DNA from: Acidobacteriota bacterium
Lineage (GTDB): Bacteria > Acidobacteriota > UBA890 > WLXD01
Assembly (NCBI GenBank): GCA_965248695.1
Contig: CBDFKD010000002.1
Span: forward strand, 1,600,001-1,664,000
Reading direction: 5' to 3'
Length of the DNA stretch: 64,000 nucleotides
Under the pieces are notes generated by a model, which worked only from the letters and a program-made list of their open reading frames with translations, was not told the origin of the DNA and did no database searches. Shown here one piece after another: positions 9,724 to 19,991 of this stretch. The first letter of the stretch is position 1. Each line of letters begins with the position of its first letter. The position numbers were made by a program, and so were the translations under genes.

Positions 9724-11949
9724 ATGCCGATCGCACCCGACAAGGGAACCCGTCACGCGTCCACGCCCACCTCGACCGCCTTCGCATTCACGTCGACTGC
9801 CCTCTCCACCTTTGTCGCCGTCGTCTGCGCGGCATCCGCCTTCGTTCCTGCACCGGCCGCCGGCCAGGCAGCCTTGTTGGATCCGCCTACCGGGTTCGCG
9901 CCGCAACACGTCGAAGCGCAGTTGGCTTGCGAAGCGCGCCTGATGGACCTGCCGCGACCGGCGCAGTTTCGCGGCCACCTGGAGACCATCACGCGAGTCC
10001 CACACCCGGCAGGATCGGCGGCACAGCGCGATGTCGAGGACTACCTGGCGCGGGTGATGGCCGACGCCGGCCTCGACGTGGAGCGCTACCCCTACGACGT
10101 GTACCTGCCGCAGCTCACCGACGACGTGACTGCGGAGATCGTCACCCCTGAGCCCCTGGCGCTGTCGAACCAGGAGCCGGAGCTATCGGAGGACCGCTTC
10201 TCGGGCCATCCGGACTTGCTCAACGGATGGAACGCCTATTCGGGTTCAGGCGACGTCACGGCGCCGGTGGTCTACGCCAACTTCGGCCGTAAGGAGGATT
10301 TCGAGCACCTCGTCGAGATGGGTGTGTCGATTGCCGGCAAGGTGGTGATCGCGCGCTACGGGGGCAACTTCCGCGGCTACAAGGTGAAATTCGCCGAGGA
10401 GCACGGTGCCGCCGGCGTGATCATGTTCAACGACCCGGGCGACGCGCTCGGGGTCAACGAATATCCCGAGGGTCCGAATATGAACGCAGGCACCATCCAG
10501 CGCGGATCGGTGCTGACGCTCAACTACACCGGCGACCCACTGACGCCGTTCGAGCCTGCCTACGCCGCCGAATCCGGCATCGAAGTCGATCGACTCGACC
10601 CGTCCGAGGTAGAGCTGCACACGATTCCGGTATTGCCGGTCGGCTACGGCGCGGCGCAGCAGATTCTCCAGCGCATGACCGGCGAGGTGGCGCCGGAAGA
10701 CTGGCACGGTGGCATCGACGTGCCGTATCGGCTCACCGGCGGCGATGAGCTGACCGTGCGCGTGCGTGTCAACCAACCGAAGGCGCTGACGCGGGCTGTG
10801 AACGTGGTCGGGACCGTGCGCGGCAGCGAGCTACCGGACGAGTGGGTGATCTTCGGGTCGCACTACGATCCATGGGGTTTCGGCGCCATCGATCCAAACG
10901 GCGGCACCGCCATGCTGCTAACTATGGCCGAGGCGCTCGGCGAGCTGGCCGCAAACGGCTGCCAGCCGCGCCGCTCCATCCTGATCGCCCACTGGGACGC
11001 CGAGGAGTACGGCATCATCGGATCTGCCGAATGGGTCGAGCAGTTCCGTGACGAGCTCGACGCTAACGCCGTCGCTTATATCAACGCCGACTCGGCAGTA
11101 TCCGGCCCCCGGTTCGGCTCGTCCGCCTCGCCGTCGCTCAAGGGCCTCATCATCGAGGCCACCAAGGCAGTCGACTACCCGAAGACCAGCACAACCGTCT
11201 ACGGCGAATGGCTGCGTGCCTCGGAGCAGGAAGCGCCGCGTATGGGCAATCTCGGCGGCGGCTCCGATCACGTCGGCTTCTACACCCATATCGGCGTGCC
11301 GTCGGGCTCGCTGGGGTTCGGCGGTGGGGGCGGTGTCTACCACTCCAACTACGACAACTTCGCCTGGTACGAGCGCTTCGGCGACCACGAGTTCGTCTAC
11401 GGACCGACGCTGGCACGAGTGGACGGCGTGCTGGCGTTGCGATTGGCCAACGCCGACGTGCTCCCCTACGACGTCGAGCGCTACGCCACCGATCTCGCCA
11501 CCCACACCGATACCCTCAGGGACCTCGCCGCGGAGCGCGATATCGAGGTCAGGTTCGACGACCTGGCGGAGGCCACCAGACGACTCGCCGAGGCGTCGCA
11601 GCGCTACATTGCCGCCCGCGACGCCGCCGTGAGCCAGCGTCGCTTCCCGGACGCGGAGCTGCGCGCCATCAACCGGCTGCTGCTGTCGCTCGAACGCGCC
11701 CTACTGCACGAAGAGGGGTTGCAGGAGCGCCCCTGGTACCGCTCGCTCTACGCTTCGCCGGACCCGTTCAGCGGCTATGCGTCGTGGATGCTGCCCGGCA
11801 TGCGCTACGAGATCGAGACCGACAACCCCGACCAGCTGGCGTTCTGGGAGACGGTGTACACGAACGCGGTTGGCGAGCTGTCGCGACGTGTCGACGAGTT
11901 GACCGAGGCGCTCGGCAATCAATCCTCGTCTGACGGAGCCGCACAGTGA
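9724..11949 (+). CDS. M28 peptidase, glutamate carboxypeptidase II/transferrin-receptor-like (PA and TfR dimer domains)
   Basis: YANFG..EDF, IQRGSV...GDPLTP, GSHYD.W.FGA.DP, WDAEEYG..GS.EW, GGSDH, YHSNYD. Confidence 0.92.
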   Translation: MPIAPDKGTRHASTPTSTAFAFTSTALSTFVAVVCAASAFVPAPAAGQAALLDPPTGFAPQHVEAQLACEARLMDLPRPAQFRGHLETITRVPHPAGSAAQRDVEDYLARVMADAGLDVERYPYDVYLPQLTDDVTAEIVTPEPLALSNQEPELSEDRFSGHPDLLNGWNAYSGSGDVTAPVVYANFGRKEDFEHLVEMGVSIAGKVVIARYGGNFRGYKVKFAEEHGAAGVIMFNDPGDALGVNEYPEGPNMNAGTIQRGSVLTLNYTGDPLTPFEPAYAAESGIEVDRLDPSEVELHTIPVLPVGYGAAQQILQRMTGEVAPEDWHGGIDVPYRLTGGDELTVRVRVNQPKALTRAVNVVGTVRGSELPDEWVIFGSHYDPWGFGAIDPNGGTAMLLTMAEALGELAANGCQPRRSILIAHWDAEEYGIIGSAEWVEQFRDELDANAVAYINADSAVSGPRFGSSASPSLKGLIIEATKAVDYPKTSTTVYGEWLRASEQEAPRMGNLGGGSDHVGFYTHIGVPSGSLGFGGGGGVYHSNYDNFAWYERFGDHEFVYGPTLARVDGVLALRLANADVLPYDVERYATDLATHTDTLRDLAAERDIEVRFDDLAEATRRLAEASQRYIAARDAAVSQRRFPDAELRAINRLLLSLERALLHEEGLQERPWYRSLYASPDPFSGYASWMLPGMRYEIETDNPDQLAFWETVYTNAVGELSRRVDELTEALGNQSSSDGAAQ

Positions 11950-13370
11950 GCATGGTCGGCTCGAGCCCGCGACCGACGATCGGGTCCGCGCCGGTGCCGC
12001 GAGTCTGGCCGCTCGCACTCACACCCCGCCAGGTTGCCCTCGGCGCCGCGCTCACCGTGTCGATGACGCTGGGCGCTGCGACCGCCGCCGTGGTTGGCAC
12101 ACAGAGCACGCCCCTGCAGTCCGGCCCGATGCTCGGGTATTCGCAGATGACCGAGGTCGCCGTCTGGGTGCAAACCAAGGTGGCATCGAACGTTCAGATC
12201 GCCTACTGGCCACAGGGCGATGAGCCGGCGCGGACGCTGACCGGCGCAGTCGAGACACATGCCGCCACCGCTCACACAGCGACCCTTCGAGCCGAAGGTC
12301 TGACGCCGGGCACGCGTTACGAATACGAGGTCGTGGTTGACGGCACCGCCGTTGCACTCCCGTACCCGACGACTTTCGCGACCCAGGAACTGTGGCAGTG
12401 GCGACGCGACCCACCCGAGTTCACCATCGCCGTGGCGAGCTGCTTCTACGTCAACGAGCCGGCACTCGATCGGCCTGGGGAGCCCTACGGCAGCGACTTC
12501 CAGATTCTCGAGCACCTGCACGCCCGCCAGCCCGACGCCATGGTGTGGCTGGGCGACAACACCTACCTGCGCGAGGCCGACTGGCACTCGCGCTCCGGCA
12601 TCCTGCATCGGTACACCCACACGCGCTCCTACCCCGGGCTGCAGCCGCTGCTCGCCTCCACGCACCACTACGCCACCTGGGACGACCACGACTTCGGTCG
12701 CAACAACTCGGACCGCAGCTACTGGGCCCAGGACCTCACGCGCGAGGCGTTCGAGCTTTTCTGGCCCAACCCGTCCCACGGCGTGCGGGGAGTTCCCGGC
12801 ATCGCTACCGCCTTCGAGTGGGCCGACACCCTATTCGTGCTGCTCGACGACCGCACCAACCGGACCCCCAACGACCGCATTACCGGCAAGCGCACCATGC
12901 TCGGCGACGCCCAGGTCGAGTGGCTCATCGACACCCTGGTCTCGAGCACCGCGACCCTCAAGTTCGTCGCCGTCGGTGGCCACATCCTCAACCCGTTCGA
13001 CGGCTTCGAGACCTTCGCCACCTTCCCCGAGGAGCGCGAGCGCCTCTTGCGGCTACTCGAGGCCGAGCGGGTTCCAGGCGTGCTCTTCCTCAGCGGCGAT
13101 ATCCACAGCACCGAGCTCAGCATGCTCGAGCGGCCCGGCCTGTACCCACTCTACGACTTGACCGTGTCGCCGCTAACCGCTGGTGTGTTCCGCGGCGAGC
13201 CGACGCCCAACTCGCTGCGCGTCGACGGCACGCTGCTTCAGGATCACAACTTCGCCCTGCTGCACGTGACCGGACCGCGCACCGATCGGGTGCTGACAAT
13301 CACCCTGGTAGACCAGGACGGCACCGACCGCTGGAGCCAGGAGTTCAGGGTCCGCGACCTATTTCCGTGA
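11946..13370 (+). CDS. phoD: Alkaline phosphatase D family metallophosphatase
   Basis: WLGDN.Y, WDDHDFG.N.SD, LLDDR, LSGDIH. Confidence 0.85.
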   Translation: MSMVGSSPRPTIGSAPVPRVWPLALTPRQVALGAALTVSMTLGAATAAVVGTQSTPLQSGPMLGYSQMTEVAVWVQTKVASNVQIAYWPQGDEPARTLTGAVETHAATAHTATLRAEGLTPGTRYEYEVVVDGTAVALPYPTTFATQELWQWRRDPPEFTIAVASCFYVNEPALDRPGEPYGSDFQILEHLHARQPDAMVWLGDNTYLREADWHSRSGILHRYTHTRSYPGLQPLLASTHHYATWDDHDFGRNNSDRSYWAQDLTREAFELFWPNPSHGVRGVPGIATAFEWADTLFVLLDDRTNRTPNDRITGKRTMLGDAQVEWLIDTLVSSTATLKFVAVGGHILNPFDGFETFATFPEERERLLRLLEAERVPGVLFLSGDIHSTELSMLERPGLYPLYDLTVSPLTAGVFRGEPTPNSLRVDGTLLQDHNFALLHVTGPRTDRVLTITLVDQDGTDRWSQEFRVRDLFP

Positions 13371-13501
13371 AGGCCGTCACATCTGGACAACAGAACACCG
13401 CGTGGCGCGCCTCTCTGCCAGCTTGACCGGCTCCACCCATCGGCGGGCGGCCCAGCCGGAGCTGATTCCAGATAGTGCGACGTTTGCGCTACGATATAGC
13501 T

Positions 13502-13774
13502 ATGAAGTTCGTGACGATGCGAGAGCTCCGCAACCAGACCACCCAGGTCATCGAGAACCTCGACGACGAGACCGGCGTAGTGACCTCGAACGGAAAGCCG
13601 GTGGGTCTGTTGTTGCGTGTGAACGACGACTTTGACGAGATCATCGGAGTCGTGCGCCAGGCTCGTGCCGCAGCCGCGGTATCCCGGTTGCGCGCCGAGG
13701 CTCGCAGCGGCGGAACGAGCGAGCTCTCACCGGAGGAGATAGATCGTGAGATCAAGCGGGCTCGCAAAGCTTGA
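13502..13774 (+). CDS. Type II antitoxin, Phd/YefM family
   Basis: MKFVTMRELRN...VVTSNGKPV..L Phd pattern; overlaps the PIN gene. Confidence 0.85.
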   Translation: MKFVTMRELRNQTTQVIENLDDETGVVTSNGKPVGLLLRVNDDFDEIIGVVRQARAAAAVSRLRAEARSGGTSELSPEEIDREIKRARKA

Positions 13775-14172
13775 GGCTGGTCGTTGACACGAACGTTCTC
13801 GTGTCGGGGCTGCTGAGCCCCGTCGGACCCCCCGGACGGATCCTGGACGGCGTGCTGGCCGGCTCGAACCGATTGCTCTTCGACGATCGCTTCCTCGCCG
13901 AGTACACCACGGTGCTTGCCCGTCCTCGATTCGCGCTCGACGCCAAGGCGGTGAAGGTGTTGCTCGAGTTCGTTCGCAACAGCGGCGAGCTGATTCCGAC
14001 GGCCGCCAGTCGGCTCCGGACTACCGATCCGGGAGACCAGCCGTTTCTGGAGGTCGCGCTGACGGGGAGCGCGGACGCGCTCGTGACCGGCAACGCGAGA
14101 CATTTCCCCCAACGGTCGGGCGTCCGAATCTTGACGCCCGCAGAGTTAATAGCCGGAGAGGGGGCCCGCTAG
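13771..14172 (+). CDS. PIN-domain toxin (VapC-like)
   Basis: VVDTNVLVS, EY..VL.RP, DP.D..FLE.A, LVTGN.RHFP. Confidence 0.9.
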   Translation: MRLVVDTNVLVSGLLSPVGPPGRILDGVLAGSNRLLFDDRFLAEYTTVLARPRFALDAKAVKVLLEFVRNSGELIPTAASRLRTTDPGDQPFLEVALTGSADALVTGNARHFPQRSGVRILTPAELIAGEGAR

Positions 14173-14185
14173 CGTTGCGGTTAGC

Positions 14186-15796
14186 TCATCTCGAAGCAGC
14201 GATCAGATCCAGCTCGCCGACGATCGGCAATCGAAACGCCGCGGCCTCCTGGCCGTTGCGCACCAGCAGGACGTCGCCGTAGAGGGCGAAGTTGTTCCAG
14301 GTGTGGCCGTTGATCGCCTGGAAGCGGCCGAGGACGTTGTTGCGGTTCTCGGGTGACGCCTCGACCATGACCATCTCGCCGTCCTCGGTGAGCACCAGCA
14401 GCACCTCGCCCACCATGAGGATCTGACCGTGGTGGTAACGGCCGGCCTTCCAAACACGCTCGCCGGTGGCCAGGTCGACGCATTCGAGGATGCCCTCCGA
14501 CAGACCGTAGGCGTAGCCGTTGCGCATGGCGACGTTGGTGAGCTTGGTGCGCAACACGCGCGCCTGGTGCCAGAGCTGGCGGGCGGTGAATGTGCCCCCG
14601 GCCGCTAGGTCGAGCTCGTAGAGCGCCGCACCGCCACCATAGCCCTTGGAGATGAACACGCGGTTCGACCCTACCGGCACTGCCTGCGAGACGTTGGAGT
14701 CGGCGGACGAGATCCCCGGCCAGTCGAACTCCCACAGCACCGCTCCGGTATCCGGATCGTGCCCGCTGACCACGTTCTGGTTCACCACCAGAACCTGCTC
14801 ACGCCCGCCCAGCTGCGCCAGTCGCGGCGATGCCATGCCTACCTGGTGGTCACCGGCCTCCCAGAGCAACGCGCCGGTGTGCTTGTCGAACGCTGCGACG
14901 GAGACGCGACGAGCACGCGATCCACCGACCCCGATGATCAACATATCGCGCACGATCAACGGCGAACCCGAGCGACCGTGCGTCATCGCCTGCATCTCTT
15001 CCTCGGCAGAGACGGCATACTCGGCCAGCAGGTCATGTTCCCAGAGCAGGTCGCCCGTTGCGCCTTCCAGGGCGACGAGATTACCCGACACCCCGAGCAC
15101 GTAGACGGTGCCTCCGTCGATAGTGGGCGTGCTGCGGGGCCCGCGGCCGCCCATGATGTTGAAGTACTCGCCGCCGATGTGCCGTTCCCACAGCTGGGCC
15201 CCGGTGGGCACGTCGTAGAGGGTCACGACCTCACGCCCCTCGCGCTCCTCGAGCGTGGCGGCGAACCCGTTCACCACCGCGAATCCGCTCCAGCCGGCGC
15301 CAATCTGCTGCCGCCACAGAAGCTCTGGTGACCGAGCCTCCCAGTCCGTGTCCAGCACGACGTTGTCGACACGTAGATCGCGGTTGGCTCCCAGGAAGCC
15401 GGGGAAATCGTAGGGTGTCGTCCTCAGCACATCGATTGGCATCGACCCCGGCGCCGCCACCTCGGGGACACGGTCGACCCTGGCAGTCGAACCGAGCGTG
15501 AAGATCGGCATCATGTCGCCACGGAAGCCAGCAAACTCGACCAGCGACGATAACGCCAGCCAGGCCACCACGAACGCGCCCCCAGTGCCGTAACGGGCGG
15601 CACGCGACCATCCGGACAGGAAGACGAACCACGCGACCGTGACCGGAATGGCGAGGAAAAACAGCACGCCGAGAGTGATGCCGTTCATGATGCCGACCTC
15701 GACGTCCATGACATAACGCACGACGACGATGACGGTGAGCACGAAAGCCCAGAGGCCCCAGATCAGCCGAGGAACACGCGGTCGGGAGTCAGACAT
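14186..15796 (-). CDS. PQQ-binding-like beta-propeller protein with N-terminal TM helices
   Basis: FPGFLG.NRD, GAGWSGFAV, GPRSTP, repeated TG..LW blades. Confidence 0.85.
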   Translation of the reverse strand: MSDSRPRVPRLIWGLWAFVLTVIVVVRYVMDVEVGIMNGITLGVLFFLAIPVTVAWFVFLSGWSRAARYGTGGAFVVAWLALSSLVEFAGFRGDMMPIFTLGSTARVDRVPEVAAPGSMPIDVLRTTPYDFPGFLGANRDLRVDNVVLDTDWEARSPELLWRQQIGAGWSGFAVVNGFAATLEEREGREVVTLYDVPTGAQLWERHIGGEYFNIMGGRGPRSTPTIDGGTVYVLGVSGNLVALEGATGDLLWEHDLLAEYAVSAEEEMQAMTHGRSGSPLIVRDMLIIGVGGSRARRVSVAAFDKHTGALLWEAGDHQVGMASPRLAQLGGREQVLVVNQNVVSGHDPDTGAVLWEFDWPGISSADSNVSQAVPVGSNRVFISKGYGGGAALYELDLAAGGTFTARQLWHQARVLRTKLTNVAMRNGYAYGLSEGILECVDLATGERVWKAGRYHHGQILMVGEVLLVLTEDGEMVMVEASPENRNNVLGRFQAINGHTWNNFALYGDVLLVRNGQEAAAFRLPIVGELDLIAASR

Positions 15797-15940
15797 CAGT
15801 CAACCTCGAGGTAGGCAAGCTGCATAGCGTCTCTCCCCACAAGTATGGCCGATCGCGCGGCGGTTGGAATGCAGATGCAGTTGGATGGACGCAGCCTCTG
15901 GCCGGCGGCATCTGAGAGGCGCTGAACGGCGGCAAGAAGT

Positions 15941-16921
15941 TCAGTCGGCCCCGGCGTGCTCCACCAACCACGGGAACACGTATGCGAAGACCGGTGCGCT
16001 CTCGCCGCTACGCACATTGCGCATGCCGTGCCCCACGCCCGCGAGCACCTGATGCGAATAGGGCTTACCGGAGGCCGCTAGCCGGTCGAGAATCGCCACC
16101 GTCTCGGGAATCGGAATGCTGCGGTCGGCGTCGCCGAGCACCCACAGGCCGGGTATGTCGATGGTCTCCAACGGGATCACCGGATCGAAGCCATGCGGCC
16201 CTTCGTAGGCGGCCAGTCGCTCCGAGAGATCGCTGTCGGTGCCTTCGTCTCGCGCGCCCTCACGCTCGCCAGTCAGCTCGCTGTAGTAGATCTCCTCACC
16301 CACCGTCACCGTGGGACCGGAGACGATCACCATGAACGACACGTCGGGCGATTTGGCCGCCGTAAGAGGTGCAATCCAGCCTCCTTGGCTGATTCCGTAG
16401 ACGCCGATGCGGTCGGCGCGTATGTCGGGGCGCTGCTTCAGAGCCTCGACCCCGGCGACAACGTCATCGGCAAGTTGCCCGAGCGCCTGATCGCTGTTGG
16501 CTGGACCGACGCCGGTGTAGGTACCGCCAGAGTCACCGACGCCGCGCTTGTCGTAGGTCAGCAGCGCATAGCCATTGATTGCCAGGATCTCGGAGAACCC
16601 TGCGTAGTCGTCGCGCGTCGCACGCCCGGAGCCATGCGCCACGACCAGTGCCGGATGCGGCCCGCCGAAGGCCGGCAAGCGCAAGCGCGCTGCCAGCTCC
16701 ACGTCGCCGCTGCGAATGGTCAGCTCTTCGTCGACATACGCCAGGCCGCCGGCCGGTTGCTCCAGGTCATCAGCCCAGAACCAGAGGAGAATGACCGGCA
16801 GCGAGCCCACCGCCAGCACCACGGCAGTGATCAGCAGACCGGCCTTGAGCAGGCGGCCGGCCTCACGGGTGAACGGGGTCCCCTTTACTTCGCGCGGGCG
16901 ATCCATCCGCGGTCGGTCCAT
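15941..16921 (-). CDS. Alpha/beta hydrolase, membrane-anchored
   Basis: HGSG, YDKRGVG.S.G, GISQGG nucleophile elbow, Asp in GDAD and His in GVGHG. Confidence 0.88.
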   Translation of the reverse strand: MDRPRMDRPREVKGTPFTREAGRLLKAGLLITAVVLAVGSLPVILLWFWADDLEQPAGGLAYVDEELTIRSGDVELAARLRLPAFGGPHPALVVAHGSGRATRDDYAGFSEILAINGYALLTYDKRGVGDSGGTYTGVGPANSDQALGQLADDVVAGVEALKQRPDIRADRIGVYGISQGGWIAPLTAAKSPDVSFMVIVSGPTVTVGEEIYYSELTGEREGARDEGTDSDLSERLAAYEGPHGFDPVIPLETIDIPGLWVLGDADRSIPIPETVAILDRLAASGKPYSHQVLAGVGHGMRNVRSGESAPVFAYVFPWLVEHAGAD

Positions 16922-17020
16922 CGTCGCCTCCTGGCGGCTGAGGGGTCCGCCACAAGCGGGGGAGCGTGCGGTAGCCGCGGCAAGGATACGCTACCGGCAA
17001 CGCTGGCAGAGGCTCGTCCC

Positions 17021-17566
17021 GTGAACGACATCGTGCTGACCACAGAAAGGCTGTCGCTCCGCCCCTGGCGCAGCGACGACAGCGACGAGCTTCGTACCAT
17101 TACCAGCAAGGACAGTGTGGTGCAGCACGTCGGTGGCGGACGCTTTTGGACCGACGCACGGGTCGCAGAATTCATCACCCGACAGCAGCGACACTTGCGC
17201 GAGCTCGGCTATTGCTTCTGGGCGGTCGAGCCGCGCGGCGAGAGGAAAACCGCTGGTTACGTCGGCCTGCAGCCGCTCGGCGAAACCCGAGAGGTAGAGA
17301 TCGGCTGGCTGCTCGACGAGCCCTATTGGGGCCGCGGGCTGGCGACCGAGGCCGCCAGCAGAGCCCTGCGCCACGGCTTTGAGCACATCGGTCTGGAGCG
17401 CGTGGTGGCCATCGCTGTGCCGGAGAACGATGCGTCGATCAACGTCATGCGCAAGCTTCGGATGCGCTACGAGCGACATCTGGAGTGGAAAGGCTTTGAA
17501 GTAGTGCTCCACGCGGGCTTCAATCCGGCCGCGCGGACCGAGCCGGTCATGGCAACGCCCGGGTAA
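17021..17566 (+). CDS. GNAT family N-acetyltransferase (RimJ/RimL-like)
   Basis: TERL.LRPW, EIGW.L...YWGRGLATEAA, N.AS..VM.KL; the real start is GTG 17021 within the longer ORF. Confidence 0.9.
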   Translation: MNDIVLTTERLSLRPWRSDDSDELRTITSKDSVVQHVGGGRFWTDARVAEFITRQQRHLRELGYCFWAVEPRGERKTAGYVGLQPLGETREVEIGWLLDEPYWGRGLATEAASRALRHGFEHIGLERVVAIAVPENDASINVMRKLRMRYERHLEWKGFEVVLHAGFNPAARTEPVMATPG

Positions 17567-17574
17567 CGCGTGAC

Positions 17575-18225
17575 TCAAGCCGCGGCGACCGCGCCCATGA
17601 ACGCCTCGAGCTTGGCGGCGTCAAGACGGTCGTCGGAGCGGACCCCGCTGCACACATCGACTCCGTAAGGGCGCACCGTCTCGATCGCCGCCGCCACGTT
17701 GTCGGATCGCAGACCACCGGCGAGGAACACCGGCACATCCAGGCATTCGCGGATCTGCCGACTGATCGTCCAATCGTGCACCCGTCCCGTCCCGCCGAGC
17801 TCCTTGGCCGCGAGCGTCGGGTTGCCCGAATCGAGGAGCACGGCGTCGACACGCGCGGCGACCGCTTCGGCCTCGGCGATCGATTCGAGCCCGGTCACGT
17901 GGACTACCTGGACGATGGACACTCCGGGCATCCCGGCGTGCAGCTCGGCGTAGGTTCCATCCCGGAGCCGGTCGACGATCTGAACCGTGTTCGTCCGACA
18001 ACGTCGCTGCTGCGCGATGATCGGCCCGGCCGACTGCAACGAGGTGAGCACGAACGTTCCAAGGGCGGGCGGTACACTCGCCGCGATCGCCGCAATCTCC
18101 GCCTCTTCGATCACCCCGGGACCGGTCGGCATCGCCGATACCAGACCGAGCGCCGATGCACCCGCAGCAACGGCCGTGCGTGCCTCGTCGACCGACGAGA
18201 TACAGCAGATCTTGACGCGGACCAA
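17575..18225 (-). CDS. trpF: Phosphoribosylanthranilate isomerase
   Basis: VKICCI, LLDSG...LGGTG..HDW, FLAGGL...NV, GVDVCSGV. Confidence 0.88.
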   Translation of the reverse strand: MVRVKICCISSVDEARTAVAAGASALGLVSAMPTGPGVIEEAEIAAIAASVPPALGTFVLTSLQSAGPIIAQQRRCRTNTVQIVDRLRDGTYAELHAGMPGVSIVQVVHVTGLESIAEAEAVAARVDAVLLDSGNPTLAAKELGGTGRVHDWTISRQIRECLDVPVFLAGGLRSDNVAAAIETVRPYGVDVCSGVRSDDRLDAAKLEAFMGAVAAA

Positions 18226-18259
18226 AGCTGTCTCCGGGCCCGGCTAGTCGTTCCGCGCG

Positions 18260-18688
18260 CTACTCGGGTGGACTCTTCGTGGGCATGCGTTCGTACGGCG
18301 TGATGTCGTCGTCCAGATGCACCCAGGGTACCCGGCTGCCGACGTAGACCTGCAGGTCGGGCCGCACGGATTCCGGTGCGTCCATGCTCCCCACCGTCAC
18401 GTCGAGCTCGGGGGACCCCTCGCGGTCGTAGGTCAATGTGGTGCCGCACTGGTTGCAGAAGCCGCGTCGTATAGGCGTGGGCCAATCCGAGGTGTGGTGG
18501 TAGTAGCTCGGTGTTCCCTTGGTCCATTCGAGATCTTCCCGGTTGATCTCGATCCAGGCGACGAGCGGCGCACCGCTCACACGCTGGCAGTCACGGCAAT
18601 GACAGATCGCGACGCCAAGAGAGCCTCTGCCTCGGTAGCGCACCGCGCCGCAGAAGCAACCGCCGTCGAAACCGGAGTCATCGCTCAT
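18260..18688 (-). CDS. GFA (CENP-V/Mss4-like) zinc-binding protein
   Basis: GGCFCGAVRY, CHCRDCQR, RGFCNQCGT; ATG MSDDSG at 18688. Confidence 0.88.
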   Translation of the reverse strand: MSDDSGFDGGCFCGAVRYRGRGSLGVAICHCRDCQRVSGAPLVAWIEINREDLEWTKGTPSYYHHTSDWPTPIRRGFCNQCGTTLTYDREGSPELDVTVGSMDAPESVRPDLQVYVGSRVPWVHLDDDITPYERMPTKSPPE

Positions 18689-18774
18689 CGTACAGGCCTC
18701 CCTGCGAGCCGAGGAGGAAATCACCGGCTCGGCGTCTGACAACTGCGGAACAGCTGACAGATGCTACCGCAGAG

Positions 18775-19833
18775 CTACATGAAACGACTTGTCCCGTTCC
18801 AGCGCGCCACCTCAGCGGGATCGCGAACGCCGAGAGCTATCCACTCGCGCGCCTCCTGCGGGTCGCTGCCCGCGGACGCCCAGGTGGCTGCGATACGGCC
18901 GCCGATGTAGGCCGACAGCCACGGCTCGGCTTCCTCGGGCGTGAAACCCCGCCACATGAAGCCGGCCGCCACCAGCGGGTCCTCGGCGCCGACATCCATC
19001 CAGTCGATCGCCCGACGAGCGTTCAACCCGGCGGCGAACCAGCGCCCGGCCGCATAGGGACCGAAACCGGCGGTCTCCCAAACAGCGTTCTGCGCCTCGG
19101 GAATACCGACGTCGGCGTACTCGAACACACCGGTGTAGAGACTGAAGACATGGCAGATCTCGACCACCCGCTCGGCGAGATCGGCGGGCAGCAGGAGCGA
19201 CGAGTCGAGCAGGCGTTCCAGGTCGCGATCGTCGGGCTCGATTTCACGGTCGCTGAACCGTTCCAGGAGCGCCTCTGCCTCGTCGATGTGGAGACGACAG
19301 CTCAACAGTCGGTGACGCCAGCGTCCCGCCTCCAGCGGCGCGTGGACCTCTGTCCAGCGCAGCATGCCGAGGACTCTTGCCTCTGCCGCATAGGCCGCTT
19401 CGCACTGCACCGCGAGGCGCACACTGCGAGCGAACGAATCATCGAGCAACACCTTCAAGTCGCTCGACTGGATGAGCTCGCTGATCAGCGAGCGCAGTCG
19501 CCCCTCGGCCACATGCAGCAGACGCCAGGCGCGCGATGCGTCGTCGCTCAGGAGGGGGCGTTCGGAAAGCTCGAATAGCGTCTCACCCTGCATCGTTTCG
19601 CGCTCCCATCCCTGGATGCGCCGTAGGCCATGTTCCGCCTGAGCGAGCTCGTCGTCGCGGTCGACTTCCGGCTCGAGCCGGCGCAGCGAACGCTCAAAGA
19701 CCCACAAACCGGTGTACGCCGACGACAGCGTGTTGACGAACGACTGCGTCAGGCGCAGATCGTCCACCTGGACGCGTCTGGGCGCCGCCCTGGGGATCGA
19801 TCGGACCGGATTGGCTCGTTGCTCGGTGATCAT
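18775..19833 (-). CDS. Hypothetical protein with C-terminal Trp/Gly-periodic (~13 aa) repeats
   Basis: 352-aa ORF filling the gap between genes; helical N-terminus; about 7 W..AG..P..A..W repeats; own promoter upstream. Confidence 0.75.
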   Translation of the reverse strand: MITEQRANPVRSIPRAAPRRVQVDDLRLTQSFVNTLSSAYTGLWVFERSLRRLEPEVDRDDELAQAEHGLRRIQGWERETMQGETLFELSERPLLSDDASRAWRLLHVAEGRLRSLISELIQSSDLKVLLDDSFARSVRLAVQCEAAYAAEARVLGMLRWTEVHAPLEAGRWRHRLLSCRLHIDEAEALLERFSDREIEPDDRDLERLLDSSLLLPADLAERVVEICHVFSLYTGVFEYADVGIPEAQNAVWETAGFGPYAAGRWFAAGLNARRAIDWMDVGAEDPLVAAGFMWRGFTPEEAEPWLSAYIGGRIAATWASAGSDPQEAREWIALGVRDPAEVARWNGTSRFM

Positions 19834-19991
19834 AGCAAATCATATTAGACGTCATTAATAGTTTGTTTTGATTAGAGTTAGTTAATGAACCCTATCTAAG
19901 TCAATAGTTGATCGGAAAAAGAATGAAATAATCATTAACAGCTTTTACGACAATATAAAGATGTGATAGAAAGATCTTTGATGCTAAAAGC

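Noticed and set aside
17575-18225. trpF outside a trp operon as a novelty
   Set aside because: Stand-alone TrpF homologues are common, so this is not unusual.
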